Source of the DNA: Nitrososphaeraceae archaeon
GTDB lineage: Archaea > Thermoproteota > Nitrososphaeria > Nitrososphaerales > Nitrososphaeraceae
Direction of reading: 5' to 3'
DNA: 64,000 bases
Assembly (NCBI GenBank): GCA_035250975.1
Contig: DATFEP010000014.1
Location: 44,646-108,645, forward strand
Shown piece after piece: positions 11,134 to 23,500 of this stretch. Position numbers and translations under genes: made by a program. The stretch's first letter is position 1, and each line of letters starts with the position of its first letter. The notes below the pieces were generated by a model. The model was not told where the DNA came from and searched no databases. It was given only the letters and a program-made list of their open reading frames with translations.

Positions 11134-12651
11134 TTGTTGACGGAGGATGGGATGAGTTTGTTAGCAGAACAAGATCGTATGAATGAGAGTGAGAAAGATG
11201 ATCATGATTTCCTTTTCTTTAATCCGCTTGCTCAACCTATCTCTAAATGGTATGAATTGCATAAACGTCTTAACTTGTTTCCATGGTGGATAAGATATAA
11301 TCTTGGATCTGCTAAGGAGGCGAATCTAAAGAACAGAATCTTAGAAGTCGGTAAAAATTTAGGACTCTCGACTATTTGGATGAATAAGATCATAAGACAT
11401 TCAATATCTGAATTTTCTAAGAAAGGTCTAGGATTTGACTATTATGGTTATCACAATATTTATCATGAGTTAGAGGCGACGTACTTTACATTGCTTGCAG
11501 CGAGCGGCCAAAATCAAGATAATAGATTTGACTTAAAAGATATCAAATACTTGTTTTTATCCGCGCTTTTCCATGATTATGATCCGTTGAAGAGTTTTGA
11601 TAAACCAAATGAAGAGGAAGTTGAATGGTTTATAAGAAAAGATAAAAAAATAAGAGAATGGATAGAGGAAGAAGGATTAAACATTGATATCATGATGGCC
11701 ATGATTCATAGAACAGCGTATCCCTTTAGAGGCAAGATAGCATCAGATGCAATTGAAAGGATGAATCAGTTATTCTCTAAAGCCGGGATCCCAATGGAGG
11801 ATGAAAAGACAAGAACATATTATCATGATTTGGGTTGGTTTCTTTCAGTCTCTGAGCGTGTTGCTGGTTATGCATTAGGCAATTTTGATCGCGCAATTGA
11901 ACTTGCTAGACTCAATGCTCATGGGCTTGGTTGGCATCCTTCTCTTATTAATCAAGAGTCTGTTAAGTACTTTAGTCTATTAAAACAAGAAAAAGAAATG
12001 TTATACAGAGTATTAAATTCAGTCTCTGAAAATTATAAACAAAATTTTCTCGAAAATATTTCAAAATTTAAAGAAGCATGGATACAAGAAGTGGAAATCA
12101 AGAGATCGTTGAGAAAAAATGAGATTAGTTTAATTCCAGTCATAGAGGATAAAAATGTGAAAATTGACCCAGAGATTGTTAGTTCTATAATAGATATTCG
12201 AAATGATCTCAACGGTCCATTATTAGTAGATAACAAGCAAGATTTTGCTGAATCCTTATCACATCCTGATACTATCCTTGTTACTCTAAGAGTAAAAGAG
12301 AAGGATAGAATAGTAATAGGTTTTGCAAAAGGTGGACCACTAGAACAATACCGGTTACGTAGAGGTACAAATGATGCAAATCATGGAAAGAAAAATACGG
12401 TATTTTTAGAATCGATGTATATTCGATCTGGATACTGGGGTGAAAAAGGGGGCCATTTACTTCGATTGTATTTTTTAACTCGATCCAAAGAACTCGGATA
12501 TGAATATGTTACCGGATATGTTCACCGCGATGTTTTATTACGTAGAAGTGACAAAGGAGAACCCATTAAACTAGTCCAAAAATACGATCCTGATAAGCTA
12601 GATTATTATAGAATTGATTTAAACCAATTTAATTATGATCCACTCTTCTAG
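11134..12651 (+). CDS. HD-domain protein with C-terminal GNAT-like domain
   Basis: YHNIYH...ALFHDYD HD signature; C-terminal VIGFAKG...FLESMYIRSGYWGEKGGHLLR resembles GNAT motif A. Confidence 0.8.
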   Translation: MLTEDGMSLLAEQDRMNESEKDDHDFLFFNPLAQPISKWYELHKRLNLFPWWIRYNLGSAKEANLKNRILEVGKNLGLSTIWMNKIIRHSISEFSKKGLGFDYYGYHNIYHELEATYFTLLAASGQNQDNRFDLKDIKYLFLSALFHDYDPLKSFDKPNEEEVEWFIRKDKKIREWIEEEGLNIDIMMAMIHRTAYPFRGKIASDAIERMNQLFSKAGIPMEDEKTRTYYHDLGWFLSVSERVAGYALGNFDRAIELARLNAHGLGWHPSLINQESVKYFSLLKQEKEMLYRVLNSVSENYKQNFLENISKFKEAWIQEVEIKRSLRKNEISLIPVIEDKNVKIDPEIVSSIIDIRNDLNGPLLVDNKQDFAESLSHPDTILVTLRVKEKDRIVIGFAKGGPLEQYRLRRGTNDANHGKKNTVFLESMYIRSGYWGEKGGHLLRLYFLTRSKELGYEYVTGYVHRDVLLRRSDKGEPIKLVQKYDPDKLDYYRIDLNQFNYDPLF

Positions 12652-12896
12652 TAAGGTTACAATTTTTTCAGAATAATATAAGTACATTTGTAGATTTTTT
12701 ATTTAGAAAAGATCCAGAATTAGGGAACTTATACAGGATATTAGAGATGATATTTTAATATATAGCGATCTAATTTTATCTAGATAAATAATTAAAGAAA
12801 TGATTTTCAAAAACAATAAGATAATTTAATTGGTTGATAAATAACATACGAGAAATATTTCATGATAAATAAAAAAAAGTGGTTGAAATTAATTCT

Positions 12897-13112
12897 TCAA
12901 GAATGTTCGATGCCAAATGCAATTTTTACACAAGCACGATATTGTGTTATTTTGCTAGTAGTAGGATCTACTTTTGCTGTCATATCTACTACCTCTATTC
13001 CTGTTATTCCATGTATTGTTTTTCGTGCTTCATCAATAGCTACCTGTGCTGCAGCTTCCCATCCTTTTTCTGAACCTCCAATAATCTCGATTATTTTTGC
13101 AACGTGTGCCAT
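12897..13112 (-). CDS. dodecin family (flavin-binding) protein
   Basis: VAKIIEIIGGSEKGWEAAAQ.A...A.KTIHGI...YRACVKIAF; ATG 13112. Confidence 0.9.
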   Translation of the reverse strand: MAHVAKIIEIIGGSEKGWEAAAQVAIDEARKTIHGITGIEVVDMTAKVDPTTSKITQYRACVKIAFGIEHS

Positions 13113-13406
13113 ACCTATAGGTATATATTTTTCTTGGTATAAAAGGTTATTATTTATTATAAAATTAATTGCCAAAATGAATATAAATAAATCCATTTAT
13201 CTTACATGTTTAAGTGTCCATTGCATAATAATTTCCATATATAACTAAATAAATCAATAATTGGGAAAATGTGCAATAAATACTTTTTCATTAATATTTA
13301 TTGTCAAAATATTGAACATATGACTATTATTATGTAATAGGTTTTTGATAATAGTGTGTTGTTTATTTATGTATCTAAATCTAAATACTTTATCGCCTTT
13401 TGGACC

Positions 13407-14615
13407 TCAAATTGAGTTAGAAAAGATTTTCTCCAAAGCAGAGACTAATTTATCGATATCATCTTCATTGTTATAGAAATGCGGAGATATACGAATACCA
13501 TTACTACGCGCTGAGACAATTATTTTATATTTCTTTTCTAATATTTTTATTATGTCCAAAGGTTTTCTATTTTTGGATTGAAATAGTATTATTCCGGATC
13601 TATCATTTTTATCTTCAATCGGTGAAAGAATTTTCAAATTGATGGAATGAAGTTTATCAATAATATAGTCAGTTAACTGCAATATTCTTTGCTCTATATT
13701 TTTGATTCCAATGCTTGAAATATATTGTAATCCTGCGTTTAATGCACTTATGTTGGGTAAGTTTGGAGATCCTACCTCAAATTTTGTTGCTGTATTTGAC
13801 ATTAATATTTGAGTGTTAATGCTATATAGATTCCTATCCCTTTGGCCAGATTGACTAAAGAATGAGGGTCTGAATTGATTTGCTTGTTGTAAATATGTTC
13901 CTTTTATGTATAGCGATCCAATACCAAAAGAAGATAATAACCATTTATGACCATTGGAGGAAGCAAAATCAATATCAAAATCTTTCACATCAAAATACAT
14001 GCATCCCAAAGACTGAGTAGCATTGACTACAAGGAAAATACCGTATTTTTTTGAAATCTTTGCAAGCTGCTTTAAATCTTGTTTGAAACCAGTAGAATAT
14101 TGAACATGACTTGTAACAATGGTTTTAACGACACTTTGAGGCTTTAGAGAATTTGTCTTGTCTATCATTTCCACTATATCTTTTATTAGTATCTTATTTT
14201 GATCTCTTGCCTTAACAAATTTTAGATTTTCTCTGTCATCGTTTTTGTTAATCCAAGGAAGGTTTGTTGCAGGAAACTCCAAATCATTTAAGATGACTAT
14301 TCCTTTTTCTGAAAGCATATGAGCAACAATATTCATCCCTTCACTTGTTGAATGTGTAAATGCAATCTCTTCAGGGCCTGCAGCTCCAATAAATTTAGCA
14401 TAGAGTTCACGAGTTTGCTCTATCATCTTTTCCCATATATTCCAAAGTGTACCGCCATAGTAAAGTGAATCTCGATAAAATTTTACCACCTGCTCGTATA
14501 CTGTTTTAGGTATAGGTGATATAGCTGCATTGTTAAGATAGGTATATTTCTGTATAACCGGAAAATCATCTCTATATTTATTCCAATCAGGGGACATCAT
14601 TTGTAAATGCACCAA
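13407..14615 (-). CDS. class V PLP-dependent aminotransferase (cysteine desulfurase/selenocysteine lyase-like)
   Basis: TYLNNAAISP, STSEG, SNGHKWLL (PLP Lys), IRISPHFYN. Confidence 0.9.
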   Translation of the reverse strand: MVHLQMMSPDWNKYRDDFPVIQKYTYLNNAAISPIPKTVYEQVVKFYRDSLYYGGTLWNIWEKMIEQTRELYAKFIGAAGPEEIAFTHSTSEGMNIVAHMLSEKGIVILNDLEFPATNLPWINKNDDRENLKFVKARDQNKILIKDIVEMIDKTNSLKPQSVVKTIVTSHVQYSTGFKQDLKQLAKISKKYGIFLVVNATQSLGCMYFDVKDFDIDFASSNGHKWLLSSFGIGSLYIKGTYLQQANQFRPSFFSQSGQRDRNLYSINTQILMSNTATKFEVGSPNLPNISALNAGLQYISSIGIKNIEQRILQLTDYIIDKLHSINLKILSPIEDKNDRSGIILFQSKNRKPLDIIKILEKKYKIIVSARSNGIRISPHFYNNEDDIDKLVSALEKIFSNSI

Positions 14616-14805
14616 ACAAACATTATAAATATTAAGACTGTGACGATAAAAGCATCCTTAATTGAAACAGATTTGCCAATAATTTTGGCGATTTATAGAA
14701 AATATCCTTTCTGGTTTATTAAATCAATTGCAACTCCATTCATAAAAAGATAAAATATAAAAATTAAAGAATGAAATCGAGTATCTTGAGGAAATACGTA
14801 ATTAC

Positions 14806-15132
14806 ATGTTTCTATTATATTATGATATGTTAGTAAAAATTAACAATATTAATCCCAATAAGGTAAATGTTACACAACTAGATATTGACGACTATGGATC
14901 TGTAGTACCTTTAAGAGATTTGGAATTAACCTTACCGCCCTTGGATATAGACGATTCCGTATATAATATTTTAAAAAACATACAATATGCGGCGGTATTT
15001 ACAAGACAAGAACTTGACGATGAGAATAAAATTAAAGATACTGTAATAATCCTTGCAAATCCGATCACATTAGAAGAACTTAATGCGGAAAAAAATCGCG
15101 TAATAGAAGGTTCGTATGAAAAAAAGAAATGA
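14806..15132 (+). CDS. hypothetical protein
   Basis: acidic 108-aa ORF with plausible composition. Confidence 0.6.
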   Translation: MFLLYYDMLVKINNINPNKVNVTQLDIDDYGSVVPLRDLELTLPPLDIDDSVYNILKNIQYAAVFTRQELDDENKIKDTVIILANPITLEELNAEKNRVIEGSYEKKK

Positions 15133-15173
15133 ATATTGTTTGATAATTTTTCTATTTTGTCAGTATGTTGAGG

Positions 15174-15536
15174 TTAAGGAATCTCAACAAAGATACTCCC
15201 ATCCTTTTCCAATACGTTGTAAAGAGTTAGATCCTTGGATTTCTTCCATTCCTGGCTCTGGTCTGCCCATTTGTCCGGTATCTTCTCTAATTTTCCAGAA
15301 AAAATATCATATTCAAAGTCGTGAAGATAACATACTATCCTATTCGAATCACAGGATAACTCGCTTTTTGATAGGGAAGCACCTCTATGTGGACAATAGT
15401 TATCAAATGCAAACAAATTATTGTTTTTCTTACCTACCAAAAGATCTAAAGAGAGGTCATTATTGTTGGTCTTAATGGTAAAGAGGTTAATTGTATTGTC
15501 GCGAATAAAGCCAGAATTACACACCCGGTAGAGCAC
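15174..15536 (-). CDS. Rieske [2Fe-2S] ferredoxin
   Basis: CPHRGASL...CYLH (CxH/CxxH) Rieske motif. Confidence 0.9.
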   Translation of the reverse strand: MLYRVCNSGFIRDNTINLFTIKTNNNDLSLDLLVGKKNNNLFAFDNYCPHRGASLSKSELSCDSNRIVCYLHDFEYDIFSGKLEKIPDKWADQSQEWKKSKDLTLYNVLEKDGSIFVEIP

Positions 15537-16820
15537 ATTTTAAATCATCTGTATTGGTTATAATAATTTATACAGTTAGTAAAAGCAATACCAAGTATTT
15601 CATTTGAGAATATTTATTCGTTTATATAATTTGAATAAAAAAACAAAGTGCATAATAATTCTTTCAAAAATAATAATTTTGTACTTTATTTTTTCTCTAA
15701 AAGGTATCAGATCGATTATCATTCTTTGAGATTTCTGTCAGTTTTAATAGTTTTACTTTATTTTTAGTATTTGAACAGGATTAGGATGAATTTAAGATAA
15801 ACTAAATAAACCATAAAACTCTACTGAAAAGATGAGTTATAAACCGTAAAGTACCTTGTTTATACTTTTTAGTACGAAGTAATAAATAATTTGGTTTTAT
15901 TTATAAAATATGAGAAGAAAAAAATCAATATACTGGACAATAGCATCATCTCAGGAAAACTTTATAGACATAGACAAAGTTGGAAATTCCGAAGATCCTT
16001 TTGATGCAACAATAAAGGATATATCCAAGAAATTGAAGAACAAGCGATGTAACAGTGAAATAAATATTTAATTTTTCATTTTTTCATTTTTATCATTATT
16101 TCTATTAAAATATTTGACATATGAAGACTTGCGTATAAATCAATAATAGACAAAACAAGGTTGAGAAAAAAATCAAACACCAAATTGTTTGCTTACAAAT
16201 TTCTGACAATCATAACCCCAATCAAGGTTTTGTACAGAATCTCTATACCCTTTGTAATATTCCAAAGGTAGCCAGCTGATTACACCAGGTACAACCAAAT
16301 AATTTCGATTAAATCTTTTCAATTCATTACTCAAAATCTGTATAAGAATTACTTATAATTCACATCGTTAATGACTTGTATTTTCACAATTTTACTTTTA
16401 TCCCTATTTGGTTAAGAATCTTTCAATAATTTTCCTGAGATTCTGTCTAAACATTGACTATGGTAAAATTCTTTTTCAAAATCCTCTATCGTAACTAGTA
16501 CATAATTTTAAATTTTCGTCAATGAAACGATATTCATGTGTAAAAGAACAATATAAGTAGAAAAGATTGGTTCGATTAACTACCTTGATCCTTAATTGTT
16601 TCTTCAACTTTAGCTTAGAAGAATTTACTTTTAAACAATAACGAATTACTTGAGCTATTCTTCATATTCTTGCAGGATGATTTTGACCAGATATGGCTAC
16701 ATAATAAGTTTATAATTACTGATTATCTTGGTCTAATGGATTCAACTGATCTGTTTAAAATGGTTCGTATAATGTTCCGCATGTCATGATTTCTTAAAAA
16801 CTTTAAAAATAACATTCTAG

Positions 16821-17426
16821 TTATATTTTCGGATCAGAATTTGTTATAGAGAACGAATTAAATATTTTTTCTACTATTGGCAAAAAATCATAATATTTAT
16901 CTGGAGGTGTTCCAAACGAGAGCACATAAATATTGTCTTTAACGAAAAATATTTCGTGAGTCATTACGAATTTTGCAGTCATTGGCTTCAAACCGGCTAC
17001 GTACGAATACGAAATGGTTCTAGATGGTAGACTATCTTCATCTGTTGTTTTATCAGATATTAATTTGAACGCAGTGTATGTTTTATTAAATTGATTCAGA
17101 GCATCATCTACATATTTTTCAAAAGTAACCTTTTGAGGCAGTTTATTTATACTAAGAAGAAATTTTTCTTGAATCATGTCACGAGTATCTGAAAATGGGG
17201 ATATAATCTCAATATTAAAGAGGTTCTCCTCAGATGCAGTTTGTATCTCTGTGAGATTCCAACTATCAGGATATTCAATAGAAAAATTGAATCTATTATT
17301 ATCATATTTTAAAAAAGTAGGTTCATGCTGAGAAAAGGCGAGTAAGTTAGAATTTAAAACATTCAATATGATAAAAAATAATATAATAAAAATAGATAAT
17401 ATGGTATAAAATCTCCTCATTCTCAT
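16821..17426 (-). CDS. secreted PsbP-like fold protein
   Basis: signal/TM; YDN..FNFSIEYPDSW; YVLSF..YYDFLPIVEKIFNSFSI. Confidence 0.75.
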   Translation of the reverse strand: MRMRRFYTILSIFIILFFIILNVLNSNLLAFSQHEPTFLKYDNNRFNFSIEYPDSWNLTEIQTASEENLFNIEIISPFSDTRDMIQEKFLLSINKLPQKVTFEKYVDDALNQFNKTYTAFKLISDKTTDEDSLPSRTISYSYVAGLKPMTAKFVMTHEIFFVKDNIYVLSFGTPPDKYYDFLPIVEKIFNSFSITNSDPKI

Positions 17427-18219
17427 AAAGATAGAATAAAGCCATCCGTAATATATTTATCTTGATAGAATGAATTTTTCACGATTTTTGTTTATTTTGG
17501 AATATGTTTATTTAAAAATCAAATATGGGTGAGTTTTTTTAATATTAAAAATTGTCATATCTGTTAGATTTACGATAGTGTCTACTCCATCCCAAATCGG
17601 TTTTCATCTTGTTATATTAAAATCATATAGTTATGGCAAGATTCCTATTGATTTTGGAGGATAATTCAGTATCATTTGAAATAAAATATATCCAATAAAC
17701 GCTAATGAAAATCCCGGAAAGATATAAGATCTTAAGCTTCGCAAAATAAGTAATGAACGTTGAATCGGAATTAGTATCTCTGACATGAAATAGGATAAAT
17801 GATTAAGGATATTTGGTTTTCAGTAATTTATTAGTTAAAAGTCATATTCAGAAATATTATATCTTTATTTTCTCTTAGATATCCCTTATTTTAGTTAACC
17901 TGAGATTGTTCAATCATATTTAATAATAACATTTCGGCCACTAAATCTTCTAGATGTATCTCTAGGTAGTATTAATCAAACAAATCAAATATGACTAATC
18001 AAATAATACATAAATTAATACTTCTATTTGCAATATGAAATTATTCAAAAATGTCGAGATGACGTTTTATGTTATTTAGCGAATTTATCCCATATTGAGT
18101 TGAGAAAAATTGAAGACTGGATTTAAAAGAATTTTCTAAAATTGGACAAAGAACATAATAGAAACTTGGAAGATCTCTTATTTTTTCAAGTTAAGGGGTC
18201 AATAAATTCTATATTTTTT

Positions 18220-20385
18220 TTAATGACTGGACCCTACTGGCTCATCTTCTATTTTCCATATATAATGACCTTTCTGCTCATCTTTAGAAACGGTCCACAA
18301 ATCATAATTTCCACCTGTACGATCTCCTGCTTCATTAAGTTTTATTTTTCCAGAAACACCATCAAAAGATTCTGCGGTTTCTATCACAATATCTTTAAAA
18401 GTTTTCCTAATGTTTTTCATATCAACATAGTTACTAGTACTATTCTTATCCAAGCTTAAGGAGGAAATCCAGAAACAATCATAAGCTATCGCAGGATATG
18501 TTATTGATTCTGTATTATGTAACTCATTATAGAGTTCCTCAATTAAAGCATGAATTTTGGGATTTTTGACATCTATGGAATATAATGGATTAGAAAAATT
18601 GGTTTTAATTGCAAATAACGCAGAGTCTATATTCTTTATAATATGATGATTTTGCGCTATACTATCACTTCCATACCATCTGACATTTCCAAGTGAATGA
18701 TATATAGGAGATTGAATTAGTATTGGAGTTATTTCATCAAAAGACACTATATACACCCCTACTGATTTACTATCGTATTTTTTTATCGCTTCAGCTACAA
18801 TATTGTTTAATTTTTCAAGATCTTCATTCCACATAATAAAATTAATTCTATGTAAGCTCGTAGCAAATTTTCCAGTATGTGGCTTGTAGTTTATTCCATC
18901 TTCCATTTTACCTCCCAGTTTTTCAAAATGAAATTTGGTAGATTTGTAAAGTTCATTTCCATAGATATCCCCTCTCCATATTGGAACGACAACTTTTATA
19001 CCATCTTTAATCATTCTTTCTGCAATCACTCTCCCTTGGTTAATGTCATCTGGTATCAGTCTTAGCAGACTGTCTCCTTTTATAGAAAGTAAGGGAGAAG
19101 TACTCGAATAGCTTAGCAATATGATATCATTGGTATCTGCATATTCTTTTACCGCAGAAACGGCAGTACTGGTTGCAGGACCGACAATGATCTTTGCGCC
19201 AAGTGAATGAAGTTGTTTTATCGCCTCAAGAGAGTCCTTTGGATCTGTTTTTGAATTAGCCATAACTAGATTGAATCTCGACGAATAATTCATTTTTTCA
19301 AAATACTTGTTTACATCATATTCGGCTTTTTCTAGGGCCACTTTTATTGGTTTCCCCATTGAAGAAAATGAACCAGTAAATGGTATGATAGCTCCAACTA
19401 CAAATTCTTTATTAGTTTCTCCAACAGCAGAAAGAAATGAACTTTCAGCATAATGATTTTTCTCAAGTACTAACGAATTTTTTTCATTACCATTGAATCC
19501 ATTGCTAATGTAAAATCCAGAAAACAAAAGCAGCGAAAGAATAGTAATCGACGTCATAATCATCTTCTTAGAAATCCTCGTTTGCATTCCACCAACAAAT
19601 TTGAAGATAAGATCTTTTGAATTCCATTTAATAGAATACCGTAAATACCATATAAGACCACCAGCAATTAGTAAATAATGTGCTGAGAGCAACAAAGTAG
19701 AAATCCAGAGTTGCTCGACATATGTTGTTAGAACTATTATCGCAAACCAGCTATCGCCTATTACAATAGCTAAGAATCCCACCAATTCGCATACCCACGG
19801 GACAAGATGATGTTTATCGTTCTTAATGCCAAGCAAAATTGTTACTGCAAGAATTGTCAATATCGAATTTAATGTTGGATAAGCTAGTGTAACAATAAAT
19901 AACATCAGACCTCGAAAGTTGGATGTTTCAGCTAGATCCAATGTCAAAGTTAAAATATAAATTAAGAATAATCCAGTTACAGATATTATTAGAAACATAA
20001 TTTTTCTATCTATAACGTGACCGAGGTTCTTTTTTATTATCATTAATCTGTAAATTAAAAAAACATATGCAGATATTAAGAAAAAATCTGCAATGGAGGG
20101 TACAGGTGCTACAATATCCAAACCTACTTCATAATATGCCCATATAATATTGGCAATAAACCAGAAAACGAGTCCTATTGTTAAAAGAATATTTTCTTTA
20201 TCGCCTGCAAGATTTTCTCTATTTTTAAGAAGAATATATGAAGAAAGCCCTGCAGCAATAAGAGAATTTATTATTAGGATCCAGTTAGAATAGATTATTT
20301 TACTGTCTGATTCTGCAAAAATTATAATAGAATTTCCTATAGCTATCGTAAAAATGATACACAGGAAAAAATACAGTGGCTTCAA
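18220..20385 (-). CDS. multi-TM membrane domain fused to a type I (LivJ-like) substrate-binding domain
   Basis: about 9 hydrophobic segments, then VGAIIPFTG, IIVGPATS, STSPLLS, F.GVSGKIKLNEAGDR. Confidence 0.85.
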   Translation of the reverse strand: MKPLYFFLCIIFTIAIGNSIIIFAESDSKIIYSNWILIINSLIAAGLSSYILLKNRENLAGDKENILLTIGLVFWFIANIIWAYYEVGLDIVAPVPSIADFFLISAYVFLIYRLMIIKKNLGHVIDRKIMFLIISVTGLFLIYILTLTLDLAETSNFRGLMLFIVTLAYPTLNSILTILAVTILLGIKNDKHHLVPWVCELVGFLAIVIGDSWFAIIVLTTYVEQLWISTLLLSAHYLLIAGGLIWYLRYSIKWNSKDLIFKFVGGMQTRISKKMIMTSITILSLLLFSGFYISNGFNGNEKNSLVLEKNHYAESSFLSAVGETNKEFVVGAIIPFTGSFSSMGKPIKVALEKAEYDVNKYFEKMNYSSRFNLVMANSKTDPKDSLEAIKQLHSLGAKIIVGPATSTAVSAVKEYADTNDIILLSYSSTSPLLSIKGDSLLRLIPDDINQGRVIAERMIKDGIKVVVPIWRGDIYGNELYKSTKFHFEKLGGKMEDGINYKPHTGKFATSLHRINFIMWNEDLEKLNNIVAEAIKKYDSKSVGVYIVSFDEITPILIQSPIYHSLGNVRWYGSDSIAQNHHIIKNIDSALFAIKTNFSNPLYSIDVKNPKIHALIEELYNELHNTESITYPAIAYDCFWISSLSLDKNSTSNYVDMKNIRKTFKDIVIETAESFDGVSGKIKLNEAGDRTGGNYDLWTVSKDEQKGHYIWKIEDEPVGSSH

Positions 20386-20575
20386 TTTTCTCGTTTTCCT
20401 TATGAGAGCTAAGATCGATTATAAAATCTTTCGTTACTAAAATGGAATGGTCTATCTGTAAAGTAGCTCGCAAAGCACAGTGGGCCCCTAAAAATTGATG
20501 TAACCCTTCATAAGAAAAATTTTTCCAATTGCAAAATGCATTATGAGATGAATTACATTCTGAATGCACATTGTC

Positions 20576-23500
20576 CTATTTTTCAGTTTTCCTTGGTTTG
20601 TAGATAATATCCTTATATCTATCCAATTCATGTAAGCTGTCTCCAAGTCTTTTTTCATTTTTAATAAACAGCAGTGTAGTTAAAATTAATCCAATTACTA
20701 TCAACGGACCGAATACATCACCAAATCTTACTTTAGAAATATCTATACCAAATATGTTGGTTAGCCTTTTATCTTTATTCTTATCAGATTTTATTGATAA
20801 GGTCTTTTCGTCAGTAGTTGATTGAACATTTGATGGATTAAAAGTTGTTGTGATCTTTCCCAAGGCATTACCCCTCTGTTCTGCAAACCATATTTCACCA
20901 TCAGAATCAGAAATGACGTATTGAGCAAAGGATCCTTTTTTGGGTATATTGACATTCATCGTCTCTCCTGTTTCTGGTTCCAATACTGCTAAGGTGTCTG
21001 AAACATGCTGGGCTATCCATAAATTGTCATATTTATCAGATGCGATTCCAAAAGCGAGTCCGTTTACATCAGTTAGTTTATATTTTGTAAATGTTTCTAA
21101 AAACGAATTAAAATGTAATATCATATTATTTTTATGGTCACTAATAAATAAATTTGAAGTCAGAGGATCTAAGAACAAGAAAGTAGGTTCTGACATAACT
21201 TTAACATCAGAGGACATATCATATGGATATTCTGTGATATTGTTGGTCCGAGCATCTATTTTCCCTAGTTTACCAGCAGATTCAACAAACCAGATACTCT
21301 CGTTATCTTTATCAAAGAGCAAGTTGAGAGGTCTAGAATCCTTAGTTGGAATGATCAGTGATTCAAATTTATTATTCTTCGAATCATATTTTAAAATAGA
21401 ATTATTTTGAATATTACTTAACCAAAGATTCTGATTATCGTCTATTGCTATGCCAGATATAACACCTTCTTCTGGAATTTCAATACTAATATACTGTCTA
21501 GTAACTATATCATATTTTCCAATCATATTGGAAGTTGGATCGATAAACCACAATATGTTGTTATCATGGGGGTCAAAAACAGACAAAGTAATAAGATTGG
21601 TTCCATTTATCCTATGTTTGGTAAAGGTTTTAGTATCTAAATGAAATTCCCACAGTTGTCCACTACCAGGTTTAGTATCGCCTACCCAAATTGAATTACT
21701 TTGAGGATGATAAACTGGATATAATGGGAGAGTATCAACTGGAAATTTATATTCTGTTACGTTGAATTTGAGGTCATTCAATTTTGGTTTTATATCTATA
21801 TTAAAGGAAGATACAGTGTTTGGAATACCTGCTTTCGACGTTTTTCCCTGTAACTCCACATTCCATAATCCCAATGTACTGAATGGAATATTTCCAGAGA
21901 ATACACCGTTAGAATCTTTATTCATTTCGACCTGGATCGGTCCTATACCTTTTTCGAGCTGGAATAATTTGACTGTGGCCGCCTCTATGTTTGTATCTAC
22001 CTTTCCATCTGAAGTTGCAAAGGATGCCGATAACCTGTTTTCACCTAGTCTGGCGGGATCTAAAGTAACAGAGATCTTTTGATCATTTGAATAAAGAGTG
22101 CTTAAAAATACGTTACTATCTTGTACAGTAGATCTTGTATTATAAATATTTTCATCATAATTTGATAATTGAAGGGAAGAGAATTCTCCCGAAGGTAGTA
22201 CCATGTTAGCCATCAAAGAAACGGTAAATAAAAGGAGTATACCGATACAAGATTCTATTTTTAGACTTGATGAAAATTTATTTAGAATTAGAGAGTTTAC
22301 AGGTATCGGATCCACACCTCCAACTGATTTCACTAAAACAGTATTGATCTTTTTCTGGGTAACAAATTGGTGATAAGATCCTAAAGCTATCATTATTGAA
22401 GCCAAAATTATTTTACAAATCAAGATTTTTCCATAAAGAGAAGAAAGAATAATTGGAAAATTGTTTTCAAGAGAATATAACAATGACGGTCCAGTAATTA
22501 CTGTGAGTGCAATGGTCGGTAGAATAATTCTTGAAAATCTAGGAATAATAATAGATATCAATTTTATCTTTAGTTCTTCGAAATTAACGGAAGAGAGTGT
22601 AGGTACTAATATAAATGACAGAAAAATGAGACCTCCAATCCATATAGAAGCTAAAATTATATGAAAATAATCTACCAATAACGGGACAAAATTGTCTAGA
22701 GCTGCAGCATGGGAAATCAGACTGTGAGTAAAAAGAAGGATGAATCCAAAAATCATAATATATGTGATATTTCTTGTATTTAAATCGGATTGCTTTTTAT
22801 TTTTTCTATATAGAAATACGAGGAAAGCCAACAGGATTGTTGATAAAATGAGTCTGACAAGAACCATTGTTCCAAATTCAGTAGATATTACATCGGCAAT
22901 TGTTCCACCTATTGATATTGCTTGAAAAAGCATCAGCAAAATAATAGAAAAAATAACAAGCGAAGCTGAAATTATACATAATATCAGCAATTTTCTTTTG
23001 ACAGTAAAAATATCTAATTGAAGAGTCTCAATTAGCCATTTAAATTTTTTAATAGGTCTTGTTATCCATAAGAAAATAAGAGGTGCTCCAATCAGAACTA
23101 CGTGACCAACATAACCCAAAATATTTGCCAAAGAATTTTCAATTGACAATAGATCGAGTAGATTTTTTGAAGTAATATTTCCTTGATCAAATGTGACTCC
23201 TCCCTTTCCAATATTGAATACAACTGAATTATCTACCACATGTCCATCTACCGCAGAGAGAACTTTAGTTACGACAGTATAGGTTCCTGAAGTCAGATTT
23301 TCATTCAATGGGATACTTAATGATGCTAAATCACCGTTTACATTAGATGGCGTTCCACTATCCACTCGATTTCCCCCAGAGTCCAAAACGGAGATCTGAC
23401 TGAACTTCAACACTATTGGTTCACTAAAAAAAACAGAGGCGTCATTTGGTGCTGAATCAAGTGATTGGAATTGTTTTGGGTTAGAATCTATAATGACTGG

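Noticed and set aside
15600-16800. Long intergenic stretch that may hold decayed coding sequence or an ncRNA
   Set aside because: No recognisable motif, GC-rich stem or tRNA structure could be supported
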